Below are positions 25,201-38,200 of a stretch of DNA of 64,000 nucleotides, piece after piece. Source of the stretch: Octopus sinensis (Eukaryota). The stretch is from contig NC_043019.1 in assembly GCF_006345805.1 (NCBI RefSeq), positions 21,203,360-21,267,359 of the forward strand, read 5' to 3'. The notes below the pieces were generated by a model. The model ran no database searches. It worked only from the letters and a program-made list of their open reading frames with translations, and was not told the origin of the DNA. Within the stretch, counting starts at the first letter, position 1, and each line of letters opens with the position of its first letter. Both the position numbers and the translations under genes were made by a program.

Positions 25201-28200
25201 CTCTCTAAAAATGCTTATATAGTTATTTCCCTTACAAACCCGAGCAACGCCGGGCGATACTGCTAGTTTTATATAAAACAATGTGAATTAAATAAGCATT
25301 ACACTTGACAAAATACTCTGAATGCTGAAAGGTTTTTAACATCAAGATTTTTTTGTTTCAGTGGAAGAACCCAGCAAAAACCCTTGTTATAACAGCAGCT
25401 GTTCTCAGCTTTGCCTGCTTACTCCTGATCCACCACATGGCATTGGACACACGTGTGCTTGTAGTGACGGATATTTGCTGGCAGGTGATAAAAAACAGTG
25501 CCTTCGAGAATGTGTAAGGTAAGGTTTCAATCTCTGATTCTCATGCTGTTAACCCCTCATCATCTCCTAGTGTAAAATTGCCATCTCAGAATTCATAGTC
25601 TTGCAAGCTATATGGTGACCTCACAAATGCTGGTGGCATGAAAAATAAGGCACCCAGTACATGCTGTAAAGGGCATCCAGCTGTTGGAACTACTACACCA
25701 AAGCAGACATCGGAGCATGATGTAGTCCTTGGACATGTCAAACTGTCCAGACCATGCCAGCATGGAACATGGGTTTTAAATGATGATGATGACCATCACC
25801 CCCCACTACTGCTCCCTTCTCTGCCATTTCTATAATCATCATTCCCACTCTCCACCCCTCCACTCTATTTTACTACCACCTCTCCTACACTCTGACAAGA
25901 AAAATACTGATGCAATCAGCTTCCCCAATTGTTGTTGTGTTGTTTAGCCCTTGGTTGTCCAAAGGCATTCCAGCTTCAACCATCCAATCTATTTTTCAGT
26001 CTTGGTTATCTAGGGCTGCATTATTTATACTCTTTGTGATTTGTGAGAAATTTGACTATTAGCAGTGATGGTAGTGGCACCAGTGCAGTATGATGGTCGT
26101 GGTGGCATTGTCGTTGTATAGTCCCAGCTCAACCTTGATCCAGCAGACATTATCAAAGACACTACAGACATGATCACTCTGTCTTTTTTCTTTTAGGAAT
26201 GAGGTTTTCTCTTTTACCTATTATTGGAGGTACAAGCACTTTCACACACCTGTATATGCATAATGAGAACTTTTGTTTGCCAAATTCAATCACAAGGCTT
26301 TGGTTGGCCCAAGGCTATAGCAGAAGATACTTGCTCAAGAGGTCACACAGTGGAAGTGAACCTGAAACCATGTAGTTGAGAAGTTTCCTAACCACACAGC
26401 CATGCTTGCGCTTACAAAATTGTGTGTGTGTGTGTGTTTGCAGCACTATTGTTTGGCAGGTTTTCTACAGCCAGATGCCCTTTCTGTTGCCAATCCCCGC
26501 ATGTTTCCAAGTGAGATAAAGTGTTTAGGATTATGGTACTTACCATGTTGCTGATCCTGTAAGGATACAAATTCCTCACTCTTGTCTTCAGAATGGTAAA
26601 ACACATTGGATAATATAGTGTTCAGAGCACTAATTCTTTACAAAAAAAAGACATGGGATGGTTACAGTTGGTATATTTTTTTGTTTGGTTGGCACTGAGT
26701 CTGGATCTGACAACAACACTAATGAAATTGTTAAGCATTTCTCTTATAAATTAGAATATAATTTTGAATATAATTTTTTTCTATCATAAGCACAAGGCTG
26801 GGAATGTGGCAGGAGGAAATGAGTTAATTATATTGACACCAGTGCATCACTGGTACTTATTTTATTGACCTGGAAAGAATAAAAGCAAAATCAATCTCAG
26901 TGGCATTTGAACTCAGAACATAAAACCAGAAGAAATACAGCCACACATGTCTATCTCGTGTACTAACCAATTCTGCCAGCTCACTACATTATCATCATCA
27001 TCATCACCATCGTCATTGTCATCATTATCATTTAATGTTTGTTTTCCATGCTGGCATGGGATGGACAGTTTGGCAGTAGCTGGCCAGCTGAAGAAATGCC
27101 CAGGCTTCATGTCCATTTTCGCATGGTTCCTACGGCTGCAAGCCCATCCTAACATCAACTACTTTATAGACTGTACAGGGTGTGTTTTACATGGCACCAG
27201 CACCCAGGAGCTTGCAGAGTTTGGATTGCTCAGCTGAAAAGAAATGTTGGGGACACTTAAGAATATAAATTAGATAATAATTGATCGGATGGCCAGCCTC
27301 GTCTGGCACCTGTGCCACCTGCACAGGTGCCAGACGATACGATCGTGGCCGTTTGGCAGCCTCATCTGGCACCTGTGCAGGTGGCATGTAAAAAGCACCC
27401 ACTACACTCACGGAGTGGTTGGCGTTAGGAAGGGCATCCAGCTGTAGAAACACTGCCAGATCAGACTGGAGCCTGGCACAGCCTTCTGGCTTCCCAGATC
27501 CCAGTTGAGCCGTCCAACCCATGCTAGCATGGAAAAACGGACGTTAAACGATGATGATGATAATTTGTCATAAATTAGAACTTACAATTTTTTGTTTTTT
27601 TTTTGTCAATGCTACCATTTCAGCCATGAAATCAGTTGTAAATCTGAACACCAGTGCATACCGTTCTGGTGGAAATGTGATGGACATGCAGATTGTGAAG
27701 ATGGATCTGACGAGTTGGATAACTGTAGTAAGTGACTCTCTTCTTTCTTCTTTGTCCTCAAATTCATTTTTTAGAGATACAGACAGTGTCATATGCTTGC
27801 AGTCAACCACAAAATCTTGAGATATTCTGTAAACAAAAAAGGGGCTTGCAACTACTGTCTGGGCTGTTTTGTTGCTTAATACTCTAGGCTGGAAATTGGT
27901 GAAAATCTGCCCCAATGAATTCCATGAAACCATGCAAGCATAAAAAATTGGAAATTAAATTTTCTTTTTCTACCTCTAAGTGGAGTAAGGGCAATGCCCT
28001 TGGCCCTTAAATTTTTAGGGTGTTTTAGGCAGGTGTGAGGAAGATTGGAAGTTAACCTCAGAACAGAGACTTGAAATCTCTTAACCCTTTAGCATTTAAA
28101 CTGACTGTATCTAGACCAGTTATTTTTCTTGTTTTATGTTCAAATCAGCCAGATTTGACTTCTCAAACCTTACAATGTCATTCTAAAAATAATCAATTAC

Positions 28201-28367
28201 ATCATCAATATCTCAGAGCTACAATATAATGCATGATTACTCCAGAGAGTAAATAAGCAAAACATTTAAATATATAAGCAATCGGGAAATACAGGAAGTT
28301 CAAGATGGCTACTGGAAAATGGATAAATCTATGTATATATATATATATATATATAGGTATAGATAAA

Positions 28368-28401
<34 letters not shown>

Positions 28402-31400
28402 GCATTATGTCATACTTGAGTAGAAGACCCATCAAGCCAAGCAAAATTGTAGTCATGGCAGATACCAGTGTCACACAAATTGGCACATAAAAGCACCCCA
28501 GTGTCATGCAAATGGCACTTCAAAGCACCCATTACACTCTCGGCATTAGTAAGGGCATCAGGCTATAGAAGAAAAAAAACCATGCCAATCAGACGAGTCT
28601 GGTGCAGCCTTCCAGTGTGCCAGCCTTGTCAAACCGTCCAACCTATGCCAGCACAGACAACAGATGTTAAATGATGATAATTTTATATATATATATATAT
28701 ACCTTGGCATTATATGATGGTTGTAAATGTGTATCACTGTCATAGAAGCAGTGTCAATCAATTCCAATATTCTGCAAGAATATGTCTGTCCATGGGGAGG
28801 AAAATGTTTGTTGCTTTACTTGGAAATAGGTGAGAGTTGACAACAGGAAAAAAAAAATCTTCAGTAAACTCTGTCCAGTACTTGCAAGCATGGAAAAGTG
28901 AACATTAAAACAATGATATCAGTGTGTGTGTGTGTTTGAATATATGTCTGTATCGTGGACATGTTCAATACTTTAAAATCTAATTTCTGTTGATTTTTTG
29001 TTTTCCAGCTAATCATCCTTTCTACTGTAACCAGTCTGGAATGTTCCAGTGCAAAAATGCCCAGGGCCCCGAGGACTGCATCTATCCTTTGATGTTTTGT
29101 GATGGTAACATTGACTGTCCCGATCAGTCAGATGAGACTCTGTGTGGTGAGTGATTGTCAATGTTGTTGTTGTTTTATCAAGGTCAGTGGATTAGCAGGA
29201 TTAGTAGATCATCAGACTGCATTCTGAGTTTTCCCTTCTGCAGCCATAACCATGTCTCACTACTACTATTTGCTGAAACTATTTTGGGGAATCTACCATG
29301 CAACACCTTCTCCTGCCAGTCAGATCATTTCTGTTCTTTTTTCTGGTTTTTAAGTTCGCTTGGTGTTTTGGTTTCCCTATGTCTTGCTGTGACTCTAACA
29401 GCTTTTAAAAAATCTTTCTTCACTATTACCTACATAGGAATTTATATCTACTCTAGCTAACTCCTTACAGTCTTTTATTGATATTAACCCTCTTCCACCT
29501 TCCTTTTTAGGTATGTATAATCTTGCTACTCCTGCCCTTGGGTGGAGTCCTCCATTCATATTGAATTCCTTCCTAGTTCTTCTGTCTAGCTTTGCTAATT
29601 CAGTTGTTGTCCAATCTACAAAAGCTACTGAGTATCTAAGTAACAACACGGCCCAAGTACTTACAACCTTCACTAGATTCGGACCATCTAACTTTGGCTT
29701 CATTAGCTTCCTCACCCTTCTGATGTACTCTTTACTCTCTTTTACTCTTTTACTTGTTTCAGTCATTTGACTGCGGCCATGCTGGGGCACCGCCTTTAGT
29801 CGAGCAAATCGACCCTGGGACTTATTCTTTGTAAGCCCAGTACTTATTCTATCGGTCTGTTTTGCCGAACCGCTAAGTGACGGGGACGTAAACACACCAG
29901 CATCGGTTGTCAAGAAATGCTAGGGAGACAAACACAGACACACAAACACACACATATCTATACACATATATACGACAGGCTTCTTTCAGTTTTCGTCTAC
30001 CAAATCCACTCACAAGGCATTGGTCGGCCCGGGGCTATAGCAGAAGACACTTGCCCAAGATGCCACGCAGTGGGACTGAACCCGGAACCATGTGGTTAGT
30101 TAGCAAGCTACTTACCACACAGCCACTCCTGCGCCTACTCCTTCTCAATTTTCATTTTCATTTCTACAGTTAGTACTCTGTCAGATTCTAATACTCCTTG
30201 ATACTTATAACTCTCTCCTCCTTTCAATGATTTTAATGTCTGGCCATCTGGTAATTGGATGCCTTCACTGTTGACTACCTGTCCCCTTCTCATAACTAAT
30301 ATTGCATACCGGACTGCTTCACAGAAACTGGCAAGGCTAGGCCCCACACCAGATTCCATAGTCTGTTTTAGCTTGGTTTCTACAACTCAGTGCCCTTCCT
30401 AATGCCAACCACTTTACAGGGTGTACTGGGTAGTTTTGTGTGGCACCAGCACCCATACCAGTGCTTTTTACATGGCACCTTGGCTTTAGGATCTCATTTC
30501 TGTTGTGGTGGACAGGTCTTCTTGAGTACAGCAATGCGCCACATATCTTGGTCCTCCATCATCTCTTGTAAGGCTCATCATTTTGAGATCAGCCTTCAAT
30601 ACTTTGTTCCTTGTCTTCCTCGGTCTCCCTTGTCTACAACTTCCCTCCATTTTCTTTTTTGTTTGTTTGTTTTTTTACTGGTGTGCCGGTGGCACGTAAA
30701 AAGCACCATCCGATCATGGCCGTTTGCCAGCCTCATCTGGCCCCTGTGCCGGTGGCACGTAAAAAGCACCATCCGATCATGGCCGTTTGCCAGCCTCATC
30801 TGGCACCTGTGCCGGTGGCACGTAAAAAGCACCCACTACACTCATGGAGTGGTTGGCGTTAGGAAGGGCATCCAGCCATAGAAACATTGCCAGATCAGAC
30901 TGGGCCTGGTGCAGCCTTCTGGCTTCCCAGACCCCAGTTGAACCGTCCAACCCATGCTAGCATGGAAAGCGGACGAAAGATGATGAACTACCTGTTATTA
31001 TTTATCATACTCCAATCTATTTCAGATGCCTACCAATGTCAAGCAAATCAGTTCAAGTGTTCTACAAGCCTGAAATGCATCCCAAAGCACCTTGCCTGTG
31101 ACAAAAAATTCCATTGTTTGTCTGGAGAGGATGAAAGGAACTGTAGTAAGTATTTAAAATATGAATTCAGAATTTATTTTCTTTTTGTTATTTACTCCTC
31201 CAAAGGCAACAAACTGCCAGAATCATTGCTCTCCGTAGATTGTAATGTCTTTTCTTGTGTTCTTTCTGTGCCAGCTTGCTACCATTCATTTACTATATGA
31301 ATAACACTTTCCACTTTTGATTTGCATAATCTACATTGGGAATCTACTTGGTTTTTGTCTATTTTGGCTTCTATCCAATTAGATATTTTTCTTTGTTCTG

Positions 31401-32002
31401 AGTTCGAAATTTCCCCAAGACACCTGATGAAGGCTGGAGAGTAAATCAGCCGAAATGTTGTGCTAACAACAAACAAGATGAGGACAAATATCCATCAAAT
31501 GTAAATAATGTACATAATTGCTCATCTCTTAAATATAGAACTGAATAATCTCTTTGTTTCTCTGAGCAAATGTAGCAGTTAGTATTTTGTTGATCAACAC
31601 TGCTGGATAAAATTATAATGAAGCTAATTATCTAGTTCACTAAACGAATGCTCTTTTGTAAGATTCTGTCCCGGTGAAACCCCTGTACTGACCTAATTAC
31701 TTCTTCTTGATTCCCTTTAATTGACATCGAATGTAAACCGAATGAATTCAAATGCTGGAACAACAACTGCATCCCGAGCGTGAATAGATGTGATGGTGAT
31801 AACGATTGCCGTGACTTCTCCGATGAAATCAACTGCCACAATCATACGTGTCCGGAGAACTTCTTTCAATGTAATATTTCCAAGAAATGCATCCAAAATA
31901 ATTGGGTATGTGATCTCCACCCCGACTGTGGCGAGAATGACAATACAGACGAGGTGAACTGTGGTAAGTATTTCACTGTCTCACTTTCTTAATAAGAACC
32001 TG

Positions 32003-32037
<35 letters not shown>

Positions 32038-35000
32038 GCTATGGTTGTTACTGAGGCATCTCCCCATTTTTTTAACCCCATGACAATGGCTTTTTTTTGT
32101 CAGGCAACTAGGTTGCACTGACGGTAATTATCTTGGCTGAGATTAGCAATTAGTGTACAACAACAGTTTGGTATATATCTGCATCTACTGCTTTAAAGCA
32201 TGCAATGTTTATTTATGTAAACTGTCATCACTGCGAAGACTGTAAATTCAACAAAACTGGCATGGCTGGATGCAACTGGAAATTCCATGAAGGACCAGAA
32301 GAATTTGCTGAACGTGTATGAATTTAATAGGAAGTTATAGTGGAAATGCTGCCTTTTATGCTATTACGGTGATGAAGTCTCAAACTGAGTTGGAAATATT
32401 TACATGAAGAGTCCAACAAACTTATCAGATTCTTTGAAATTTGCATGGTGGCCTCTATTATTAATTCCGTGAGTGATATTTTTGTCATCTGATTCAAAGC
32501 AAGTACACACCGCACGTAAATTCATGTCAACCGATGTTATGGATTTAGAACTTAGATATGTTTCGACCACAGATTGGTCCAGGCCATGTCTAACTTAATA
32601 GCACCACCTGATAGGATTATCTAAATCCTGTTTAAGTCAAGTTTTGTTTATGGTCTATTCAAGTAGTGAGTTTTTGTTGGGTGAGTTGTATCCAATTATG
32701 GGTGGCTTCTCTGGTATTCCTTGAAGGAATCTATCCAGACTCCGTTTAAAGTTGATGGGATCCTTTTCCTCTTTGATGTTATTTTTATTATTTACTTTTT
32801 TCTTCCAATTCTTCTCAGCTGAAACCTCTTGTGAAGCTGGACTTTTCTGGTGCCATGACAGAAACTGTATTTCCCAGAAGTGGGTCTGTGATGGTGAAGA
32901 AGATTGTACTAATGGAATAGATGAAACAGACTGTTGTAAGTTTCTCTCTCTCTCTCTCACTTTTTTTTTTGTTACTTATCCTTCTTGGTTGTATATGCAC
33001 CCCCCCCCCATTTCTTTTTGATTTCATATTTGTCAAGTGTAGGTGAGTACTGGGGCAGAGTGGCTTTTTTTTTTTCAGGCATTCAGTAGGCTGAGAACCC
33101 TTAAAGCTATAAGATAGTCAATGACTGATAAACATTTACCATTAAACACAGGCACACAGCTATGTATGGGGCTGGATTTATGTGTAGGGTAACATGAGCC
33201 ATGGCCTGGGTTTCCCCAAGGGAAACAATGCCAAAGCTAACATTGAAGACCAACACATTCCTTAGGCGAGTCCTGTCAAACTATGCAACCCATACCAATA
33301 TGGAATACAAATGTTAAATCAGTGGGTCTCTACTGGGGTCCGTATGACCCCTTGGTGTCCATATAAGATTTTCGGAGGTCCACACAAGCAAAATAGTAAA
33401 TTGGGTCCATGAAGAAATGTTTCTTTGGGTGTATTAATTGCAAGAAACAGCTTGGTTTCTTTCTCCAACATTTTATATAGTTTGACTTACACAAGTGAAT
33501 AACAAAATAGGGATTTTGAAAAAAGTATCTATAAAGCTAGCAAGTAGCTTGCTAACCAACCACATGGTTCCGGGTTCAGTCCCACTGCGTGGCATCTTGG
33601 GCAAGTGTCTTCTGCTATAGCCCTGGGCCGACCAATGCCTTGTGAGTGGATTTGGTAGACGGAAACTGAAAGAAGCCTGTCGTATATATGTATATATATA
33701 AATATGTATGTGTGTCTGTGTTTGTCCCCCTAGCATTGCTTGACAACCGATGCTGGTGTGTTTACGTCCCCGTCACATAGCGGTTCGGCAAAAAGAGACC
33801 GATAGAATGAGTACTGGGTTTACAAAGAATAAGTCCGGGGTTGATTTGCTCGACTAAAAGGCGGTGCTCCAGCATGGCCGCAGTCAAATGACTGAAACAA
33901 GTAAAAGAGTAAAGAGTAAAACTAGATTTTTTTAACATCAAATGGCTATGGGTGTCCACCACAATAAGATAGTAATAAAAAGGGGCCCCCATAGTAAGAA
34001 AAAGGGTTGAGAATCATCTGTGTTAAATGATGATGAGAAGGAAGAGGAGGAGCAAGACAGTTTCCCAAACATGTCAAAGGAGGGCTGTAATCTGAAAAAC
34101 TACCTCAGACCATGACAATTCCTCCAGTCTGTGCCAACATGGAGGGGACATAAAATGGTGGCAGTGGTGGCAATATTGGTGACAGTGATGATGATGGTTG
34201 GGGTGGTGGAAGTGGTAGTGGTTGTGATTGATTAATTGATTGACTGATTGATTGACAAACAAAATATAATCAGTCTTCAGTATTTTTGTGGGGTGCTTTT
34301 TGCCTAAAATGAATGCCAATTTTTCTTATGTATAAATTTCTTCTGTCTGTCTGTCCCTCTTTCTAGTTAACAATTGCCCAAATAATCTCTTCCGCTGCAA
34401 CAATGGCAAGTGCATAAGTCAAAGTTTTGTGTGTGATGGTATGCCACACTGCAACGACAGCAGTGATGAAGCTCATTGTGCAACCCGTAAGTATATCCTC
34501 TCCTCATCTTATTCTTAATGTGCTTTCACTGCATTACCAAAACACAGCTGTGTGTGCCTTGGATATATGCTGTGATGCTTTTATTTTCACTGTATTGAAT
34601 GTGCTTTATGTAGATGTGTGTGGTGCCTAGTAGTGCTATTTTCTGTATGTTACATAGATTTGTAAGTCCTGGTGTTTTGGTTAGGTACTTGTCTAAACAT
34701 TTTTCAATCATACCTAATGCACCTGTTATTATAGGGATTGTTTGTCTTTAGGCTCCACATGCACGTTGCCTCTATATCCAGATCTTTGTATTTTGAGAGT
34801 TTCTCTTAGAGATACATTGTATTCTGTTGGTATTTATACATCGATTAGAAAGCAATTTTTTCTTGGTGATCTCTAACAACTATATCTGGCCTATTAGCCT
34901 TGATTTCTCTATCTGTGTGTATTGACATATACCAGAGTATGATTGCTTTGTCATTTTCTGAGCCCTTTTCTGGAGTGTGCCTATACCATATTTTTTCTAT

Positions 35001-35199
35001 TGTCAGTCCATAGTGTTTGCATAGCTTCCAGTGTATATCGGTCTCCTTCTTCTTCTCTGTTTAGATTCCTGTGACACATTGTTCTCCTGCAATAACTCGG
35101 GCAGCTGCATTCCTCATGAGTGGGTCTGCGACGGCAATATAAACTGCGATAATGGATTTGATGAGCAAAATTGTGGTAGGTACCTTTTTCAAAATTTTT

Positions 35200-35233
<34 letters not shown>

Positions 35234-38200
35234 AGGGTTTAGCCCTAGGTTGAGTACTGGGGTTGATGTAATCAACTAGCTCTTCCCATCAAAATTGCTA
35301 GCTGAGTTTTAAAATTTGAATGCGAGTATTGATGGGTCACATAAAACAAAAACAAAACATTCATTGTCTCTTTATTCCAAGGTTGATTCTGCCTATTTCT
35401 CCTTAAGAGGTCAATAGGATATGTATTAGACTGATACCAGTACTAATCAACTAAAACCTTTGAAATTAGTGCCCTAGTATGGCCAGAGTCCAATGATGAC
35501 TAGAAAATAATAATAATAGTGATATGATATTTAATATATCTTTCTTTCTTTCCTTTTTTTATTATTGTTTTTATTTTTGTTTTTTGGGGGAAGGGTGCAG
35601 ACCCCAAAAATAATAAAAATGATGAAATAATCCATAAATATTTCATTGTTTCTCTTTTTTTTGTGTCAGAATGCTCTGATGACCATTGGAAATGTAATAA
35701 TGGGCAATGTATTCCTGTTTCTTGGAAATGTGATGGTGCCAAAGACTGTGAAGATGGATCCGATGAAACATTAATTACATGTAGTAAGTGATTTCAAAAT
35801 TAATAAAAAATTCTATTATTATTATTTATGTTAACCTACCATCTTTATGCCTAATGAGAGAACTGCTTCAACCATGGAAAAAACACAAAAAAACCTGTTC
35901 AATTCTATCGCATGTCTATAACCTTATGATTGACAAACTCTCACCATATCTGTTTAAAAGGTTATTAATGGCCAATTCTTATAGTCCTTAGTTTTTGGGG
36001 ATTTTTTTTTCCCTTTCATGTTGAACTTATGGACAGATCCAGGAAGATGTGGGATGAGGTGGTGAAATATGGAGGCGATGACAAGTAACTGAGACTTTTG
36101 ACAATTTGCTGTGCTTGAGAGGGCAGGTCAAGCTAAGTGAAATTGTAGTTGTGGTCAGTGTTGGTAACACATGAAATGCAGCCACGCTGGTGATGTGTAA
36201 AAACCCTGTGCCATTGACAGTTGTTCATTGGATAACAATTGGGTTTGCACACATGATCGAACTGTGATTTCTAAGTGGCAAAATGCAAGATCGAATCCAA
36301 TACTATACAGCCAGCAGTGTAATTTCTAAAGAAATATGCTTATATGAGAATTAACCAATGCTGGTTGAGTTTCTCTCAATCTCTTGAAATACTCCAGAAA
36401 CCAGAGATGCGGTTTAACTGTATCAGTCCTAGTCGTCATTATCAGCATCATCATTTCAACTCTATTTTGGAAGGTGTTTCTGCCAGTCTAATGCCAGTTT
36501 TCTATTCTGGTGATACAGAAAGTAATTAGCAAGAAATTAGCTAAATGTGATGTTTTTTCATATGTTTTTTCACTGCATTGTTACACCAGATCAGTAACAA
36601 ATAAAAACGCTTCTAAATAAACAGCATTTTTACACCATTTAAAGTATATTTTCATGGTTTTTTTTTTCTTTTTCTTTTTTAGCCAACACCACTTGTCAAC
36701 CATCAGATTTCGCTTGCTCTGATAACATTTGTATCCGGAACATTGCTGTGTGTGATGGGGATATTGATTGTCCTGATGGATCGGATGAAGTAGGCTGTAA
36801 GTTAGAATATTAACTTTTTACCTGATGTTTTGACTTGATTTATTTAGTTGTTGTTTATGAAGTTAACCTCATCTGAAGTCTGGAACTGGACAGTGATGGG
36901 GTTTGTCTAAATAAGGTTGTTATTAAGTGGACCAAATAACTGTTATGTGTAGGTAATTAATTAACCCTTTAGCATTCAGATTATTCTGTCAAATATAATA
37001 TTTATTCATCCATATTGTTTTAAGCTAATCATGCATTATTTCGTAGCTTTAAGTTTTCGATGTTGTTATCACCTGTTTTTAGATTGACATTATAGGTTTG
37101 TGTAAGATACCAAATCCGGGCAGTTTTAATAGAAAACAGGTAGATTATTTGGGCCGGATATGGCCGGTTTAAAAACTAAAGGGTTAAACTGTGCAATAAA
37201 TATTTTTAGTTTCTCAAAATTTGAAACCACATGACCCAGTGGTCTCATGTACATAAAGTTGCAGGTCCTAAATGTCCTAAGTGTCCATGCTTGTTTTCAG
37301 ACTTTTAATCATCCCTTTCACATGTTTTGAGTAATATAAAGCTTCCCTTTCATAAGTCCCAACTTATTCTGATGGTTTGAAAAATATTGGGAATGTGTAT
37401 CGTATGTGATACACAGGACAAGCAAAGAGTTAATAGAAATAAAAGGAATGCAGTGAATAATGTAGTTCTAAATACATGAAAGTGAAAATTAAAAGAATAT
37501 TAGACGTCATTGTAAGGTCTTTATTTATTAGCTGTGCTTGATGAGAGCTGATCTGGAGCTAAGCATCACTGTCTAACCTTTCAGCATATCTAACTGAAAT
37601 ATTCTGCCTGATTTATGTTCAAACCAGCCAGATCCAGCCACTCACACCTACCCTGTAATGTCATTCTAAAAATAAACAAACCGTTACTTAGCGGTTCGGC
37701 AAAATAGACCGATAGAATAAGTACTGGGCTTACAAAAGAATAAGTCCCAGGGTCGAGTTGCTCGATTAAAGGCGGTGCTCCAGCATGGCCGCAGTCAAAT
37801 GACTGAAACAAGTAAAAGAATAAAAGAAAATCACATCATTGAAATGTTTAAGCTGTTAGAAGATGTATGATGAATTCGAAATAATGTAAATAAATATAAG
37901 TATGACATTTGACAATAATCTGAAGGGTTAGATGCATTAAGAAATACATGGTTTGTGTTTTTTTAAAAAATATTTTAAATTTATTTACTTTTCTTGTTTT
38001 GCTTCTTTTCTCTCTCATTTCTTGTACAGGTAATAAAGTGACACCACGTTACAACTGTAAGATTACAGATTTTAAATGTATCAACAGTTCCGGCTGTATT
38101 CCTATGGCACACATATGCAACACAGTCAAAGACTGCCTTGATGGTTCCGATGAGCTTGAAAGTATTTGTTGTAAGTGTCTGGGATTTTCTTTTTTTTTTT

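Noticed and set aside
32548-32600. Minus-strand GACCA/TGGTC stem followed by GAAAC and a possible TTAGA/TCTAA stem I
   Set aside because: No recognisable CUGANGA core; at most a heavily decayed hammerhead.
36200-36330. NNWVC peptide resembling an LDLa fragment
   Set aside because: No other Cys or acidic motif and no splice sites; likely chance.
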